NCBI GenBank assembly: GCA_030390025.1
Contig: CM059433.1
Location: 16,866,001-16,930,000, forward strand
Direction: 5' to 3'
From: Squalus acanthias
Taxonomy: Eukaryota
DNA: 64,000 nt
The translations under genes were made by a program, and so were the position numbers. Under the pieces are notes generated by a model. That model saw only the letters and a list, made by a program, of their open reading frames with translations, searched no databases and had not been told where the DNA came from. Of this stretch, positions 48,018-62,204 are shown piece by piece (position 1 is the stretch's first letter; the number at the start of each line of letters is the position of its first letter).

Positions 48018-48107
48018 GATACAGGACATCCATGTACAGCCAACAATCCTGAAAGCTGCTCTACACCAGTGTCGCCTCAGCACTTCATTGACCTTTTTAA
48101 GTTTTAA
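48018..48107 (+). CDS. FBXO25: FBXO25 terminal coding exon (90 bp to stop)
   Basis: ttcttAG acceptor. Reads DTGHPCTANNPESCSTPVSPQHFIDLFKF then TAA (48105-48107). Confidence 0.96.
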   Translation, partial: DTGHPCTANNPESCSTPVSPQHFIDLFKF

Positions 48108-49912
48108 ATGGGACTATTGATGCTTTAAAGATTTTATTTTAGATGGCCCCTGATTTTTTTTGAGGGAGAGAGCAAACACTTTGCTGCTTTTCTTATTCTT
48201 GTGCAATACACTTTTTCTTCCTTTAATGAAAAAAGGGCTGTGTTTAAAAAAAAAACCTGCATCTGAAACATTGCATACATCAGAAAAAAATCATGTAGGA
48301 CTTTCAGTTGGAAATGTTTCTGTAAATATAAAAATATTATAGCTCTTTACTTCCAGATGTTTGCATGGAATTGATTCTTGATTTAAAAGCTTCAATAATG
48401 TTACAACTTGTTAAGTTTAATTAAATATTTTTGCACATAATGGGTACATTTAGCCTGAAATGTGATTTAGTTAGTGAAGCAATTGTTTTTAGCTCCTTTT
48501 TAGCAACACATTGTGTTAAAATCTATTGAGATTGGCACTAAGTTTATAATCTATGTGCTAGTGTACTGTCTTTTTAAAACACAAAGCACTTTTGTTACTT
48601 TGTTTTCTGTTTTTTAAGCTGCCTTTTGAACAGAACATTGGCCCCTGCAAAGCATTATGTATGATCGGAAGTCTCCTCCACATGGATAGGGTGAAACCAT
48701 GTGACTGCTTTGAATTATGATATTTAAGGTTTTTTCAAATATATTGTAGATGACGAAGTACATTATTTTTAAAATATCATTCCAGCTGCCTGTAATGTTG
48801 CTGGGATAAGAGACTGCCTGAGGTGCACAATATGTAATTGTTCTTATTTTAAAAAAAAACTCCGGCAGTAGTATTAGTTAAATCTGTAAGTTTTTGGTGC
48901 AAAAACAGTAATGTACTGCCAGAACCGTGTGCCATGTAGATATTTGGGGAGTGGGGAGGAAATAAAGATAATTTCATTGGTCCCCAATTGTTTAATCTAT
49001 TCATTTGTGCATTACATATTGGGGATCGACGTCTTGAGAAATGTGCTCTGCACTATAAATACCAACCTTTACATGTTTAAAAAAAAAAAAATTTCTTCAA
49101 CTTTCTCTCTCTTCCTCCCCTGCAGATGCTGGGGTAGAATTTCAGCGGTACTGGCAGCCCTCTGGTAGCTTGCCCAAATGACTGTTCTTCATATGTGAGC
49201 CAAGATAGAATAGCTTGCTGACACTATCATAAGAAGATATCATGGCTGAGCCTGATCCTGTCTATGCATGTGCACAATCTAGCTAGAGCCACTTGTGATT
49301 GGAAATGTCTTGTGAATCTCTTCTCTTGTCTGTCTTAGTACTTGAGGATAAATGCCAGTAAACCAATCTATTTTTAACTTTTTTTAAAGTTGTCTAGACT
49401 TTCCTCTCATTTGTAAAAGTTAATAGTTCTACTTGGATTATTGCTATTTAGGGGAACACATGGTGCTCACATATTTTCAAGTGAATACATGAAGGAAGTA
49501 ATCAATTAGTATATTAACTATCTTGTGATCATCCTGACTTTTAGACCCTTTGGGATTCTTGCTTGTTTTGTGTGTGCAGTCTTCATTTTTATTTTGAAAG
49601 AATTTCTGAATGTTGCTATATTCATCCCAAAGGATCTCCCTCACATTTTCTCCTACAGTTTTTGTAAAGACAGTATTTCCGCAATATATATCTGATTGAT
49701 TTGATTTTTCTTTGCTTATTTAAAATTATGCTTGTTTAGTCTACACTTATTAACCATAGCTATGTATTTATTCATCAAGCTTGCCAATATGCCTTTAAAA
49801 GTACTCCAATTGCCCTGACATTTGTTCAACAAACTCTGTTTGTTTAAGATATTCCTTCCTTTCCAAACTTTATTAAAGTATAGTATATGCTTAGCTCCTG
49901 GTCCAGTTCATG

Positions 49913-50830
49913 TCATAAGAACACAAGAAATAAGAGCAGGAATGGGCATACAGCCCCTCGAGCCTGCTCCGCCACTCAATAAGATCATGGCTGACTTCTA
50001 CATCAATTCCACTTTCCTGCCTGATTCCCATATCCCTTGGTGCCCAAAAATCTATCGATCTCAGTCTTGAATATATTCATCAACTGAGCATCCACTGCCT
50101 CTGGGGTGGAGAATTCCAAAGATTCACAACCCTCTGAGTGAAGAAATTTCTTCTCATCTCAGTCCTAAATAGCTGACCCCTTATCCTCAGACTATGACCC
50201 CTAGTTCTGGACACAAGCCAGGGGAACAGCCTCTCAGCATTTACCCTGTCAAGCCCTCTTAAGAATTTTATATGTTTCAATGAGATCACTTCATTCTTCT
50301 AAACACCAGAGAATATCGGCCCTTTCCACTCAATCTCTCATAGGACAATCCCCCCATCCCAGGAATCAATCTAGTGAACCTCCATTGCACCCCCTCTAAG
50401 GCAAGTATATCCTCCCTTAGGTAGGGAGACTAAAACTGTACACCGTACTCCAGGTGTGGTCTCACCAAAGCCCTATATAATTGCAGCAAGACTTCCTTAC
50501 TCTTGTACTCCAACCCCCTTGCAGTTAAGGGTAACTTACCATTTGCCTTCCTAATTGCTTTCTGTACCTGCATGTTAACTTTCTGTGATTTGCATACAAG
50601 AACACCCAAATCCCTCTGAATACCAAACTTTACTAGTCTCTCACCTTTTTTATTTTAAAAAAATTCTGCTTTTCTGCTCCTTCCATAGTGGATAATTTCA
50701 CATTTTCCCCACATTATACTCAATCTGCCACCTTATTGCCCATCACTTAACCTGTCTATATCCCTTTGCGTCATCCTCACCGCTTTCTTTCCCACCTAGC
50801 TTGTATCGTCAGCAAATTTGGATATATTAC
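49913..50830 (-). mobile_element. CR1 LINE 3' fragment (CATAAGAA-tailed subfamily)
   Basis: CATAAGAACACAAGAA tail on +. RTEMRRNFFTQRVVNLWNS motif. KFADD remnant near 50810. Confidence 0.85.
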
Positions 50831-53800
50831 ACACTTGACCACATTGTGTGGTTGCTAACCTTCAAGGGTGCACAACTCCATTTCCTGCATGTTATCTGGG
50901 TATGTTACCATCACCAAGTCAAGATACACATCGGTTCTTGTGGATTCCCTGGTACAATGAGTCATGAAGTAGTAATTTAATGTTGCAGCACAGAAAATGG
51001 TCATTTGTACATCAAGTCAGACCTGGTGATTTTTCTCCACAAAAGCCACCTAGTTTAATCCCACTCTCCTGCTTGGTTCTCATGCTTTTTCATTTCTGTT
51101 TTTCAAGCAACTATCCAATTCCTTTTTTTTTAAAAAGTCTGAATTCTGCTTCAACAATGGGAACTGTTTCATTTACTGACTTGGAGCTCTGAACCATTTA
51201 GGTATTTCCAGTTTAACTGATTGAAATTTTCAATTAAAGTAACATTCTGGTTTTCAGATGCCCTTTTTGTCTCAACAAACTACTTGCTGATCTTGCAGTC
51301 TGCAGCACAACCCTAGTGTTGGTTTTGCCCTTTTCACATTAAAGGTGTCCAACTAGTGTAGTTCATTCTGCAGCTTTCCACCTCCCATGGGATGAACTTT
51401 AATTTTTTGGGTATCTCTGTCATATAGGAGTTACGCTACCTCTCTTCCTGCCTTCTCCCTTTCCTGAACTCTATACCTCTTGTATGTTGTATTTGTTATC
51501 AGCCTTTGGGTTCAGCCATATTTCTGATTTCTTCTTACATCATAGTTCTTTACTGCCCAAGTTTAACCATCTTATTTTGAATGTCTTTTGGTAGACTGGA
51601 ATTATACTGTCAACTATGGCTTCCTACAGGTCAGACTGAAGTCCACAAAGGAACTCCTGGGCAGCTAATTATTAATGTTAGGAAAGTACAGGCATCTACA
51701 TTCTTGTAATGTTAAACATTTTGCAAAAACTTTTAAGAATTCTCAGGCGGTCCATGCAGTTTTGCAATAGGGTGGAGTTGAACTGCACCTGATGTGAAGA
51801 TTAGTGTGAGGACAACTTGCACTACTTGGGTTTTAGTGTGCAGAAGAGCCAAATTGGGATCTGATGGTCAAATTATCATGCCACTTCCATGCCATTATGG
51901 ATATGAAAATTGCTTCATGTGTGAAAGTGGCCTTATGGTTGCAGTCCAAAAATAGAAACATTTACCCACATATGTATAAATTCACATGTACATATACCTT
52001 AAGCTGTGTCAAAAGCCAGGTCTCCTTTTTAGCTCTGAAGAGTAGAAGCAGGAATAAGACAGTCATACTCTGTAAGCATAGAACAAACCACTTTAACCAG
52101 TGTAGAATATAATGGTTGAAACTGGAACAGGTTTTGTAGTTGGCATGAATGATATAATTTGGAGGTATCCAATACTAGACACTTTTTTTGTAATTTTGTA
52201 TGGTCCAGCCAAAGCATGGGTAGATGCAGTAAGTATTGTGGCTTCTATACTGATCTTTGAGGAATCCCAAGATAAGGGGGAAAGATGAATTTATGTTTCA
52301 CATCAAGTCTAGATGAGTGAAATTAATAACAGAATCTTGGGAGGTGTGTTCATTACAAAGTGATCTATGAAAGGGCAATTGAACTTTTAGAATACAGTTT
52401 AGGCAAATCTAGATTAATCTCCTGTTCATAGAGATGAATCTCATGGTAATTCTACCAAGATATGGAGTAGATGAGCAGTAGTTAGCATGCAGTTCTCTGG
52501 ATGAAAAATATCCAACAAACACAAGAACGTCAGACTCGCATTCTCCTACTTGTTGAAGTAGTACATTATCAATACAAAAATATCAGCAGCACAATGTTTC
52601 CAGCTAGCGCCTATATATTCTCTTGCACAACACAGAATTTGTCATTTTATGAAGGATGCATCTGACTAATTGAAGTGCTCCATGAAAGGATTAGTACTGT
52701 GACTTTCTGGAGTTTGTTCAAAGCATAATTTTGAGAAAGTGTGAGATATGTGCCAAAAAGAATAAACAGACAGCAGAGGTTGAATTATTATAGTTAGGAA
52801 TTAAAAGGATGCAAGCATAATGCCCTTTCAACCCATAACAATCGCACATTGATTTTATTTTCTGTCTAGTAATAGGTTTTTGCATTAAACTTTAGATTGC
52901 ATTTTCTATTGTGATGTCTTTTAAGTTCCTTTGCCAATATATTCCTGTAGATGCTAAAAATGTCCTTTATGAATTTCAAAGCAATCTCACTGCATGTAAC
53001 AGTAAATCAGAGATACTGCTCTGTACATTTCAAGTACTGACTGTTACAATACAATACTGCAGAGGCCCAGTGGTGTAGTACATTAATATCCTCCACCAAG
53101 GAGTGGTAGAATGCAAATTTAGTTCTAATAGTTTGTAGTGTTGAATTTCATAACTAGCCAGGCAATTTGTGAGCTGCTGAGCAGACATAATTCAGTTTGC
53201 CATGATATTTATTAATGGCTAACTTAATTAGCCTGAGCTGGACTGGAATCTAGAGCCCAGAGATGGTGAAGACTCACCTCAAAAATCCATGAGACCGTTT
53301 CTGCTCCAGTAATGTTGGCGGCTAGGATATCTGCCTGCCAGCTATTGAAGACACCGATGCGGTGTATGTTGCAAGACCAGCTCATTAGCATATTGAATGG
53401 CGGGCCAAGAGTGCAACTCCTGTGTAACAGGGGCGTACACTGCTGAGGGGAAGAGGAAGCCTGGTGGCAGCAACTTCCTAAAGGCACAGCAGGCGTGTGG
53501 AAAAAATACTCTGGAAAAATCCTCTCGGGCGATCAAAACCAGTCCAGGGGATCACATGGACCAAGTGTTATGTATAAAGGCACTTCCCTTCTATATGATG
53601 CAATATCTGCCCCAGTCAAGAGCTGGCCCAGCACCCTCTCGAAGGTATACTGAGATTCACACCCACCACACCAGCCAGCAATGTATTCCAGAGGCTCACT
53701 ACCCTCTGCTAAAAGAAGAACTGCCTGACATCCAGTTGATGCCTACTCTTAAATAGAATGACAAGTCTTCATTCACCATGCACTCTGGTTCAATGGCTCT

Positions 53801-54019
53801 CTAACTTTTCAATCTGTTTGGAGCTTTCTCACAAGCCCCTCTTGCATATGGTCCTTTATGACGCCAGTCTCTTATGTTACACAGTTCTTCAATCAGCTGT
53901 CTGCTACCACATGGGACATTTCCTTCAGATGCTTGCCTTCACCTAATACTGTTGATAGGAAATGGCACACAATGCCTGAGCAATGCAAGCCGTTGGCTAG
54001 CTGGCAAACAGACCCCAGA

Positions 54020-54497
54020 TAGGGGAAAAATCTACTGATCTCAGTCTTGAATATACTCATCGACTGAGCATCCACCGCGCTGGGGTAGAGAATTCCAAAG
54101 ATTCACCACCCTCTGAGTGAAGAAATTCCTCCTCACCTCAGTCCTAAATGGCCACCCCTTATCCTAAGACTGTGACCCCTACTTCTGGACTTCAGCCAGG
54201 GGAAACAGCCTCTCAACATCTATCCTGTCAAGCCCTCTAAGAATTTTATACATTTCAATGAGATCACACCTCATTCTTCTAAGCTTCAGAAAATATAGGC
54301 CAATTCTACTCAATATCTCCTCCTGCTCATTCCAGGAATCAATCGACTGAATCTTTGTTGCACCCCCTCTAAGGCAAGTATATCCTTCCTCAGACAAGGA
54401 GACCAAAACTACAGTACTCCAGATGTAGTCTCACCAAAGCCCTGTCCAATTGTAGCAAGACTTCCTTACGCTTGTACTCCAACCCACTTGCAATAAA
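54020..54497 (-). mobile_element. CR1 fragment
   Basis: RRMRCDLIEMYKILRGLDRID motif. Homologous to 50050-50525. Confidence 0.82.
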
Positions 54498-55048
54498 AGT
54501 GATAATTCCTTGCTGGCACGCACACCTAGGAATCTGTGCCTCCTGACTTCAAATTCCTCCAGTTTTACGTGGGACTTATGCCAATCACTACTCCAATAGG
54601 TATGCAAATCAACTTACCCAGGAAATTCTCATGTGACTACCTCTCCAGGTCACTGGCGGCTGCAAGCCTTTTCTCATTGATATAATATTGGCACAACGCA
54701 CAGTGAGGAAATTCACCTCCATAGTATTTTAGATTCGTTCAGACTTTATATTGCATCTGCCACAAGAAATCATTGTCAAAATTAAAGGTATGTTTCTACA
54801 CAACACCCTGCCTTTCTATTGATATTTTCCTCAATTAAATGCTTGTGATTCATGTTTGCAGACCTTGGAGTCCATTTTCTTCCTTTGGAGTCTACTTTCT
54901 TGTATTTGCAGATAAACTTTTTTTGGCTCATCAGCTAGTTTTAGTTTTGCATATTTTTCAAGTTGTTAGATGTTTGATAGTATCTCTACTATGTTGATCT
55001 GAGAGGATTGTATTTCTTCATAATATCATTGTCTTCTGGAAGTTTGTC

Positions 55049-55700
55049 TAGAATCATAGAATGGTTACAGCACAGAACAAGGCCATTCAGCCCATCGAGC
55101 CCGTGCCGGCTCTCTGTAAGCACTTCAGCTAGTCCCACTCCCCAGCCATTTCCCCGTAGCCCTGCAAAAAAAAATTCCTCCAGATACTTATCCAATTCCC
55201 TTTTGAAAGCCACAATTGAGTCTGCCTCCACCACCCTTTCAGGCAGTGCATTCCAGATCCTAACCACTCGCTGCGTAAAGAAGTTTTTCCTCATGTCTTG
55301 GTTCTTTTGTCAATCACCTTAAATCTGTGTCGTCTGGTTCTCGACCCTTCCGCCAGTGGGAACAGTTTCTCTCTATCTGCTCTGTCTAGACCCCTCATGA
55401 TTATGAACACCTCTATCAAATCTCCTCTCAACCTTCTCTGCTCTAAGGAGAACAACCCCAGCTTCTCTACTCTATTCACGTAACTGAAGTCCCTCATCCC
55501 TGGAATCATTCTCGTAAATCTTTTCTGCACCCTCTCTAAGGCCTTCACATCCTTCCTAAAGTGCGGTGCCCAGAATTGGACACAATACTCCAGTTGAGGC
55601 CGAACCAGTGTTTTATAAAGGTTCATCATAACTTCCTTGCTTTTGTACTCTATGCCTCTATTTATGAAACCCAGGATCTCATATGCTTTCTAAACCGCTT
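55049..55700 (-). mobile_element. CR1 3' fragment
   Basis: LYKTLVRPQLEYCVQFWAPH...LEQRRLRGDLIEVF. TAGAATCATAGAAT tail on +. Close inverted match to 5385-6036. Confidence 0.9.
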
Positions 55701-55794
55701 AACCGTCTAACTCTATAACAATAAATTCTGTTAAGAGAGGCAAGCATTCTATTTTTCCAATTAAGTGAAAGGCAAAACTTTGTCTTCATAATAT

Positions 55795-55800
55795 TTTATT
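55795..55800 (-). terminator. Candidate AATAAA polyadenylation signal for TDRP
   Basis: TTTATT on + at the distal edge of a long AT-rich, repeat-poor stretch downstream of the TDRP stop. Other hexamers exist, so this is tentative. Confidence 0.35.
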
Positions 55801-57444
55801 GATGTGAAGCAGTATTGTCTGGCAAAAAATATCCAGAGAAAACAATGTGCTAACTATTAATCAACTTTCAAATTCAACTCTAAATATAAAATGACCTGTT
55901 CTCTTATTTATAATTTTTTCCATTTCACATCGAGATCAAATGAGATTGACTACTATGTACAAAGCAAGAACTCTAGTACTAAAATTATACCAAAAATGTT
56001 TAAATTGGAAACTTTCCCATTGGTTACAAAGATACATTTATAATAGCATTGTATTAAAAAGAAAATGACCTTCCCAACTTTAAAATTTAACAAGGAAAAC
56101 TTCCAAACTATAGTTATATTCACACAAATGCTACCACAGGGTTTTGCATAGTTGTATTTATTCATTATGTCTGCTTTTGTTCATCGTTTACAAACGAACA
56201 GTACAGGGCATATTATGTACTCCAGCAATTTTGCTCTGGTAATCGGAAATATATTTGTTTTATTGTTAATACTTTGGCAGCATTTTTTGACATGTAAGCA
56301 GACAGAAAAAAATACAAGCCTGTGTTACAAAATGAAACGATCATACTGCAGAAAATAAAAAACTATAAAATTCCACACATGAATATGATGATCCATCCTG
56401 AAGCTTGCACTACCTGATAGCATATCAAAAAATTGACATTTTTAAAAACAATTGTGTATAATCACCCTGAGATGCGATTTAAAAAAATAATAAATTTTGT
56501 ACTGCTGTATCATTTACCAACTATTTATCATTGCAGAATGGCGAAACACTGTGGTAATTATTTTTTTTCTCCAGTACATATCAGGCTTGTAACACGGTTC
56601 CAAATGGAAACTGGGTTAGGGTTAGAGCTTAAGCAGTCTGTACAAAGGCAACACCTAATGAATTACTCATGCTGCTTGGATCTGATTTTGTTACATTCCT
56701 CGCCAAACCAGAATCACTGTAGTTGGTTACTTAATTGTAAGAACATTACTTCCGTCCGATCAAGCAATGAACCTTGAAATCCGACCATCATTCAGTATTT
56801 TTCAAAGACCAAAGCTTCAATGAGCAAGGATCCTATCTGTGAAGGTCACATTTCAAGCTTGAATCAGAACATTAAAACCTACAGCAGTGTACCAATGCTT
56901 TTATTTATCTTATTTCTTTCAAGAAATTTTGGCAAATATTTAATAAATACCATTTCTATGCAACACATATGCCTGGTTATAATTTTTTTTAATTAAGAAT
57001 GGTATGCATTTCCAAACATATTATTAGGCAACTGACCAACTGAAATACTCTCGGGCCACTGGCATTTTGTGCCACTTGCTACTGAACTATCTACGGCAAC
57101 AGTACCACAAAGTGCACTTGCACCACACGGCTGGCACAGTAACAGTCAAGCAATCTCCCGCTAAAGTTCAATAGATCACCTTGAAAATTACAGCACGATT
57201 TCATAATACTTCATGTCAGAAAAGGGCGACCATATTTCACTGATAAGCTTATTTTTATTTTATTCATTGATTTTTTTTTTCTCACACTAACATTCTCCTC
57301 TGTCCAGGGTGCTAACTCTTTGCTGGGCTATGGTTCCGTGAGTGTTAGCCCAAAATTTGCCAGTGAGCATTAGAAGGCTAATCAACCTCAGGAGGGGGCA
57401 TCACAGCTGAGTCTAGTCTTGTCATTACCTGACGTGGACAAACA

Positions 57445-57731
57445 CACAGGAACAGGAGTAGGCTATTCAGCCTCTCGAGCTTGTTCCACCATTCATGGCT
57501 GATCTGTACCTCAGCCCCATGTACCCACCTTTGCTCCAAATCCTGTGATACACTTACCTAACAAAAATCTATCGCTCCCGGTCTGAAAATTTCAATTGAC
57601 AAAGCTTCCACAGCCTTTTGAGGCGGGGGAGGGGGAGGTGGTTTAGGGGAGGGTGGTTCCAGATTCCCACTACCCTTTGTGTGAAGAAGTGCTTCCGGAT
57701 TTCACTCGTAAATGGCCTAGCTCTAATTTTA
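57445..57731 (-). mobile_element. CR1 3' fragment
   Basis: AGGAACAGGAGTAGGCTATTCAGCC...ATGGCTGATC, as at 49925-49995. Confidence 0.7.
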
Positions 57732-59742
57732 TAATGGAGGAAAAATTACTATGCAGTGCCCACGTAAAAAAGGGACAACTATGACAAATTTAGCAGTGGG
57801 ATGCCCCGGGTGGCTGCCTAAAATGGGCGTTAGGACCTTTACATATGTTAATGAGGGGCCTAGCACCTGCTTATATGAATCCCTCTTGGAAATTGGTTTC
57901 CGATGAGTGGAGCAGGAGCCAGACCTGCTCCATGCAGGATTCTACTAGGCTTAAAGCAACGGCCGGCACCAACAGGTAACGTCGCTGTGGAAACAAAGGA
58001 GTAGGAGTGCTACATTCCCGGGGATGTACTTTCGGGCTGCTGCTGACGAGGCAAGCAGCCCAATATTCATTTTGTTCAAATAGGTGAGCTGCGATAAGGC
58101 ACGATAAGTGCCGGCTGCTCGCTCCATTAATATTAACTAGGCCCAAGGCCCAATCTTGGGCTTACCTCGGGCCTCTGATTCAAACGCCTTCAACAATACC
58201 AGCAAAATTATACTTTTTCAGTAGCTTATTACAGGAACTATTCATTTAGTCCTATGTTTCTCTGATTGTACTTCATTAACTATTCATCTTTAACAATTTG
58301 CACACAAGAACCACAATTCTGGAGATGTTATACAAAAGAATTAGGATACCGATCTAAAACAGATTTTCAGTGTTTGAAAGGTGTGTGTAAAATCAGAGCA
58401 GCAGTTTTACAAAATTCTGGCCTCAATGTAGAGCTGCTAAGATAAAGGAGCTTGTTTTGAGCACATTTTTTAGATTAAAGATGTGAAGGGCAAAATTGCC
58501 TTCAATGAAGAAAATTCTCCTCTGTACCTCTGCCAAAGTCACAGTGTCAGTACACCATGTGGTGTGGTACTGAGCTACATAGACGAGGAGGGTCTGTGCG
58601 CTGCTCTCAGTTGAGATGTTGGTGGGCGTTCTACAATTAGCCTCAGTGTCCCAAACTGGGATGAAAGGAACAATTTGACCAAAATTCCTATTCCTGATCG
58701 TCAGCCACCAATCATTGCTAGAAGTGCATGTATGTGGATGCCCCCGGAGTAGAGGATCGGACCTGTCTTGTAATGATCTTCTTGATCAAATAGCCCATCC
58801 TCACTGTTCAGGTTCACACTATGGAGTGGTATAAAGGATACTATTACTGTATCTGAGCACGAGTCACAATCTTCAGGAGAGAAGGAAAAAAATGGCACAT
58901 TTTGTAAAAAAAAATTTTAAAAAATGTATATACAGTAACATGATGTCACTGACCAGGTAGGTTAAGATCAATTGAAAATAAAGCTGTTGGATCACCCTGT
59001 AGAAGGAGCTCACGCAGTGGTCTCTGTTGCCCAGAACACTTGGTTGTTCCTAGAATACTTCCCAAAATGAAATAATAATGGGAGGCACATTCGGTCCAGT
59101 ACAACCACAAGCAGCTTCTTACCCAATGCCGGTAAGACACTGGACTCCATACAAATCTCAGCTTCAACAAACATTCAAGTTCAATTTACTGGATGGACTT
59201 TAATCACTTCTCAGCCAGGCTGATAAGCATTGTGCTGCAGAGCTACATACTGGAAGGAGGAGCAAAAAAAAAGAAAAAGTGTTTTTTTCTTTCAGTCCAG
59301 CCACACTTGTACCATCTGTAGTCCAACCATCCTCCTTTACTAGGCGAAGAAGGGGCAGTGGGAACTTAAGATGCTAAAAAAAGTGTGATAAAGTATTAAT
59401 AAATAGAATTATATTTAGGCACTCAGTTAAGCTGATGTTAAACAGTCACTAATAATGAACAGTGATGGAGCAATTTACAGTGAAAGGTCATCTGAATGGA
59501 AAAGGTGTAATTATATTTATTGGAATAATTATGGCACAACAGAAAGGAGGTTGCCGACTCTTCGACTTAATTAAATATAGTGCTGATCAGGCACCAACTT
59601 CTTCACTTGTGCATAAAATCACACAGAATTAGAAGCAAAAGGATGGATCAAAAAGAGTCCATAGAAAGCATGACTGAATAAATGCAAGAGGTGAAGTACA
59701 GTGCAAACTGAACCTTGGACTAACATTAAGGCTGATAGTATA

Positions 59743-60079
59743 TCACTCGAGATCTTCCCAGCAGTCAGTCAGATTTCCTTTGCTGCGTCTCCTGATTCCG
59801 GACAGCTTCCCTGCTGTCATGATGCTCCACCTGGAGCCACTCGTATTTGCTTCACTGTCCAGGCTAGTATATTTGGAACTGCCGCTAGTCTCGCTCGCCC
59901 AGTCAGGCCAGGCATTGGAATCAGTCACATTGCTACAAGGGTTCTCCATCGTAACTTGTGGATCCCAACCCTCATCCTCTGTGGGAATCTTGCTGGCTGA
60001 ATTCTGTTTAATTCCTAAACTGTCCCAGAAACTAGGTTTCTTCTCCATCTTCACCTCCTCTTTTAGTTTTACGGTGGTC
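59743..60079 (-). CDS. TDRP: Testis development-related protein, last coding exon (earlier exons not found, presumably beyond the window)
   Basis: Minus-strand pyrimidine tract and cgtAG acceptor at 60080-60081. Reads TTVKLKEEVKMEKKPSFWDSLGIKQN...EGWDP...SKYTSL...SRWSIMTAGKLSGIRRRSKGNLTDCWEDLE-TGA, matching the TDRP C-terminal half. TDRP neighbours FBXO25 in human. Confidence 0.9.
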
Positions 60080-60526
60080 CTACGAAGATACAAGGGGAAA
60101 AAAAACAATCACTGCAACCATTGCATGGTACAACCTGCCTTTGAAAGCATGCATTCACAGTATATAACGGCTTCCAGAATGGGACTAACCAACCGCTGTG
60201 ACCTGCCCTGATGACACTTACACAGTGGATGATATATTTAGATTTAGTTCACAAGATTAATTTTACTTTTCAAAGTTACTATTACAGCTGAAGAAATAAC
60301 TGAATGAATACTGGTTCAGAGCTGCAAAACTGCGCGGTCTTTTGACATGAAGTGCTCAAATGTTGAGTGGGTGAACGCATTTGTGAACGTGGTTGCACAT
60401 GGCATGAAGACTCGGGCCAGAAAGAGACAGAATCGATTCCTGGTCTGATCCAAGTTCGCTCATCTCAGCCAGGACAGTGGTAGGGGTGCCACAATTAGCA
60501 TCAGTGCCTCTAAGTTTTGGGGTAAT

Positions 60527-60825
60527 AATAACAAAACTTGCACTTATATATTGCCTTTTAACGTAGAAAAAATGACCCAAGGCACTTCAAAGCAGCATAC
60601 GGTAAAAATGGATCCGAGCCAAAGGAGACTTTAGGAGGGCTGACCAAAAGCTTGGTTGAAGAGGCGGGTTTGAAGGAGGGCCTTAAAGGAGGAGAGAGAG
60701 AGGTGGAAAGAGAGAGAGAATTCCAGATGTGGGGCCGAGGCAGCAGAAGGCATGATTACCAATGCTGGAATGAAGGAAGGGAGGGATGCACAAGAGGCCA
60801 GAGTCAAAGGAACACGGGGGGCAGG
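60527..60825 (-). mobile_element. L2 3' fragment
   Basis: L2 tail and GACCAAAAGCTTGGT...GAATTCCAGA, as in the other L2 copies. Confidence 0.7.
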
Positions 60826-60827
60826 GG

Positions 60828-62185
60828 GGGGGGTGGAATTTTAAGATGAAGGAGCGTGTGGGTTTGGGAGCGGGTGGCGGTAAAACCAGCCAAAATGACA
60901 GCACGTCAGGAAGCCGGCTCCAACCCGTCGACTTCCACATTTAATTGCAGCGCGTTAGGCGGCTTGCGCGGCAACCAATGTTCCCTGTAATTTATTTTTT
61001 TTGGCGGACAGTCCTTTTAACCGGCTGCGCGGCCCATTCAATTTTTCTTGCATGCGTGGTCATTGCCATTGAAAAGGTGCTGAGCGGCCTGCGGGGGACC
61101 TCCAGACCGCAGCGCGGCCACGCAGCTTAGCGGAAACATTTGCGGCAACCCCCTTGGGTTGCCTATTAACATATGCTAATTGTTCAATCTGAGCAACATT
61201 GACACAGATTTTCAGTTCAACCATGGGTTTCCCGGGCTTCCTGAAACTCGCCAGAGAAAGGAAGGCGAGAACGCAGCGGCAATTGAGGGGGATCAATCAA
61301 TCTCAGCGAAATATAGCACTACATACTCAGTGGGAAAGGGTGTTCACAGTACTTTTGCTGAGAATTTACTTTCGACATTTTGGTGGTTTCTTCTACATTT
61401 CGGAGGTTTGATCAATCAGATCAGGATGGATGCCCCATATACTGCCTTAGATTGGACCTCAGATGAGGACCAAGATGATCAGCAACAGCACCAGCAGCCT
61501 GCTGGTCACAGACCTGTAGCTGCACAGGAGAGAGAGGATCGGGCGGGAAAGTGAAGCTGACATCAAAAGATCAGCCATGATCTTATTGAGTGTCGGAACA
61601 GGCTCGAGGGGTATGGCCGACTCCTGCTCCTATATCTTATGTTCTTATAGGGGAGCAGCAGAGAGGGGAGCAGAAGGCAATACCCTCCACACAGGATCTA
61701 CAGGCAGAGGATAAGCTTCCTCAACATGTCTGAACACCAGTGTCTCAGGAGGCTCAGGTTGTCGCATCAGGTGGTGGTAGACATCTGCAGCCTGTTGAAA
61801 GAAGACCTGCTGCCAGCTGGACCTGGTGGCCACGCTTTACCAGTCGCTGTCAAAGTCACCACCGCCCTCAACTTTTTTGCCTCTGGATCCTTCCAGGGCT
61901 CTGCTGGAGACATTTACAGGATCTCGCAGTCAGCGGCATAAGACAGGTGACTGAAGGCTTTTTCGCTAGGGCCGTCAATTATGTCAACTTTGCTTGCAAT
62001 GATGCCAGTCAGCATGAGCGGGTGCTTGGATTTGTATCTCTGGCTGGCTTCCTACAGGTGCAGGGTGTCATCAACTGCACACACGTGGCAATCAGGGCAC
62101 CCCCCCGATCACCAGGAGTGTTCGTCAAGCACAAGGGCTTCCACTCCATCAATGTACAACCACAAAAAGATCTTTATATGCAGGT
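60828..62185 (+). mobile_element. Decayed Harbinger transposon, 5' part with a HARBI1-like transposase fragment
   Basis: [20 protein letters not shown]...[21 protein letters not shown]...ISQS, then after a frameshift QVQGVINCTHVAI...KGFHSINVQ. GG-GGAATTTT end at about 60830. A CR1 tail is inserted at about 61535-61648. Confidence 0.82.
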
Positions 62186-62204
62186 GTGTGCAAAGATGTC
62201 TAAA

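Noticed and set aside
15741..48107. Calling the gene FBXO32 (atrogin-1)
   Set aside because: [26 protein letters not shown], the DYHLALLFK exon, PQHFIDLFKF and TDRP adjacency fit FBXO25.
53224..53946. Cluster of short ORFs between the genes
   Set aside because: No recognisable motifs or exon structure. Probably an old unclassified repeat that I cannot assign.
61726..62160. Host HARBI1 gene
   Set aside because: It is frameshifted, the first catalytic Asp position reads N (GVINCTH), it is truncated by an L2, and a CR1 tail is inserted upstream.
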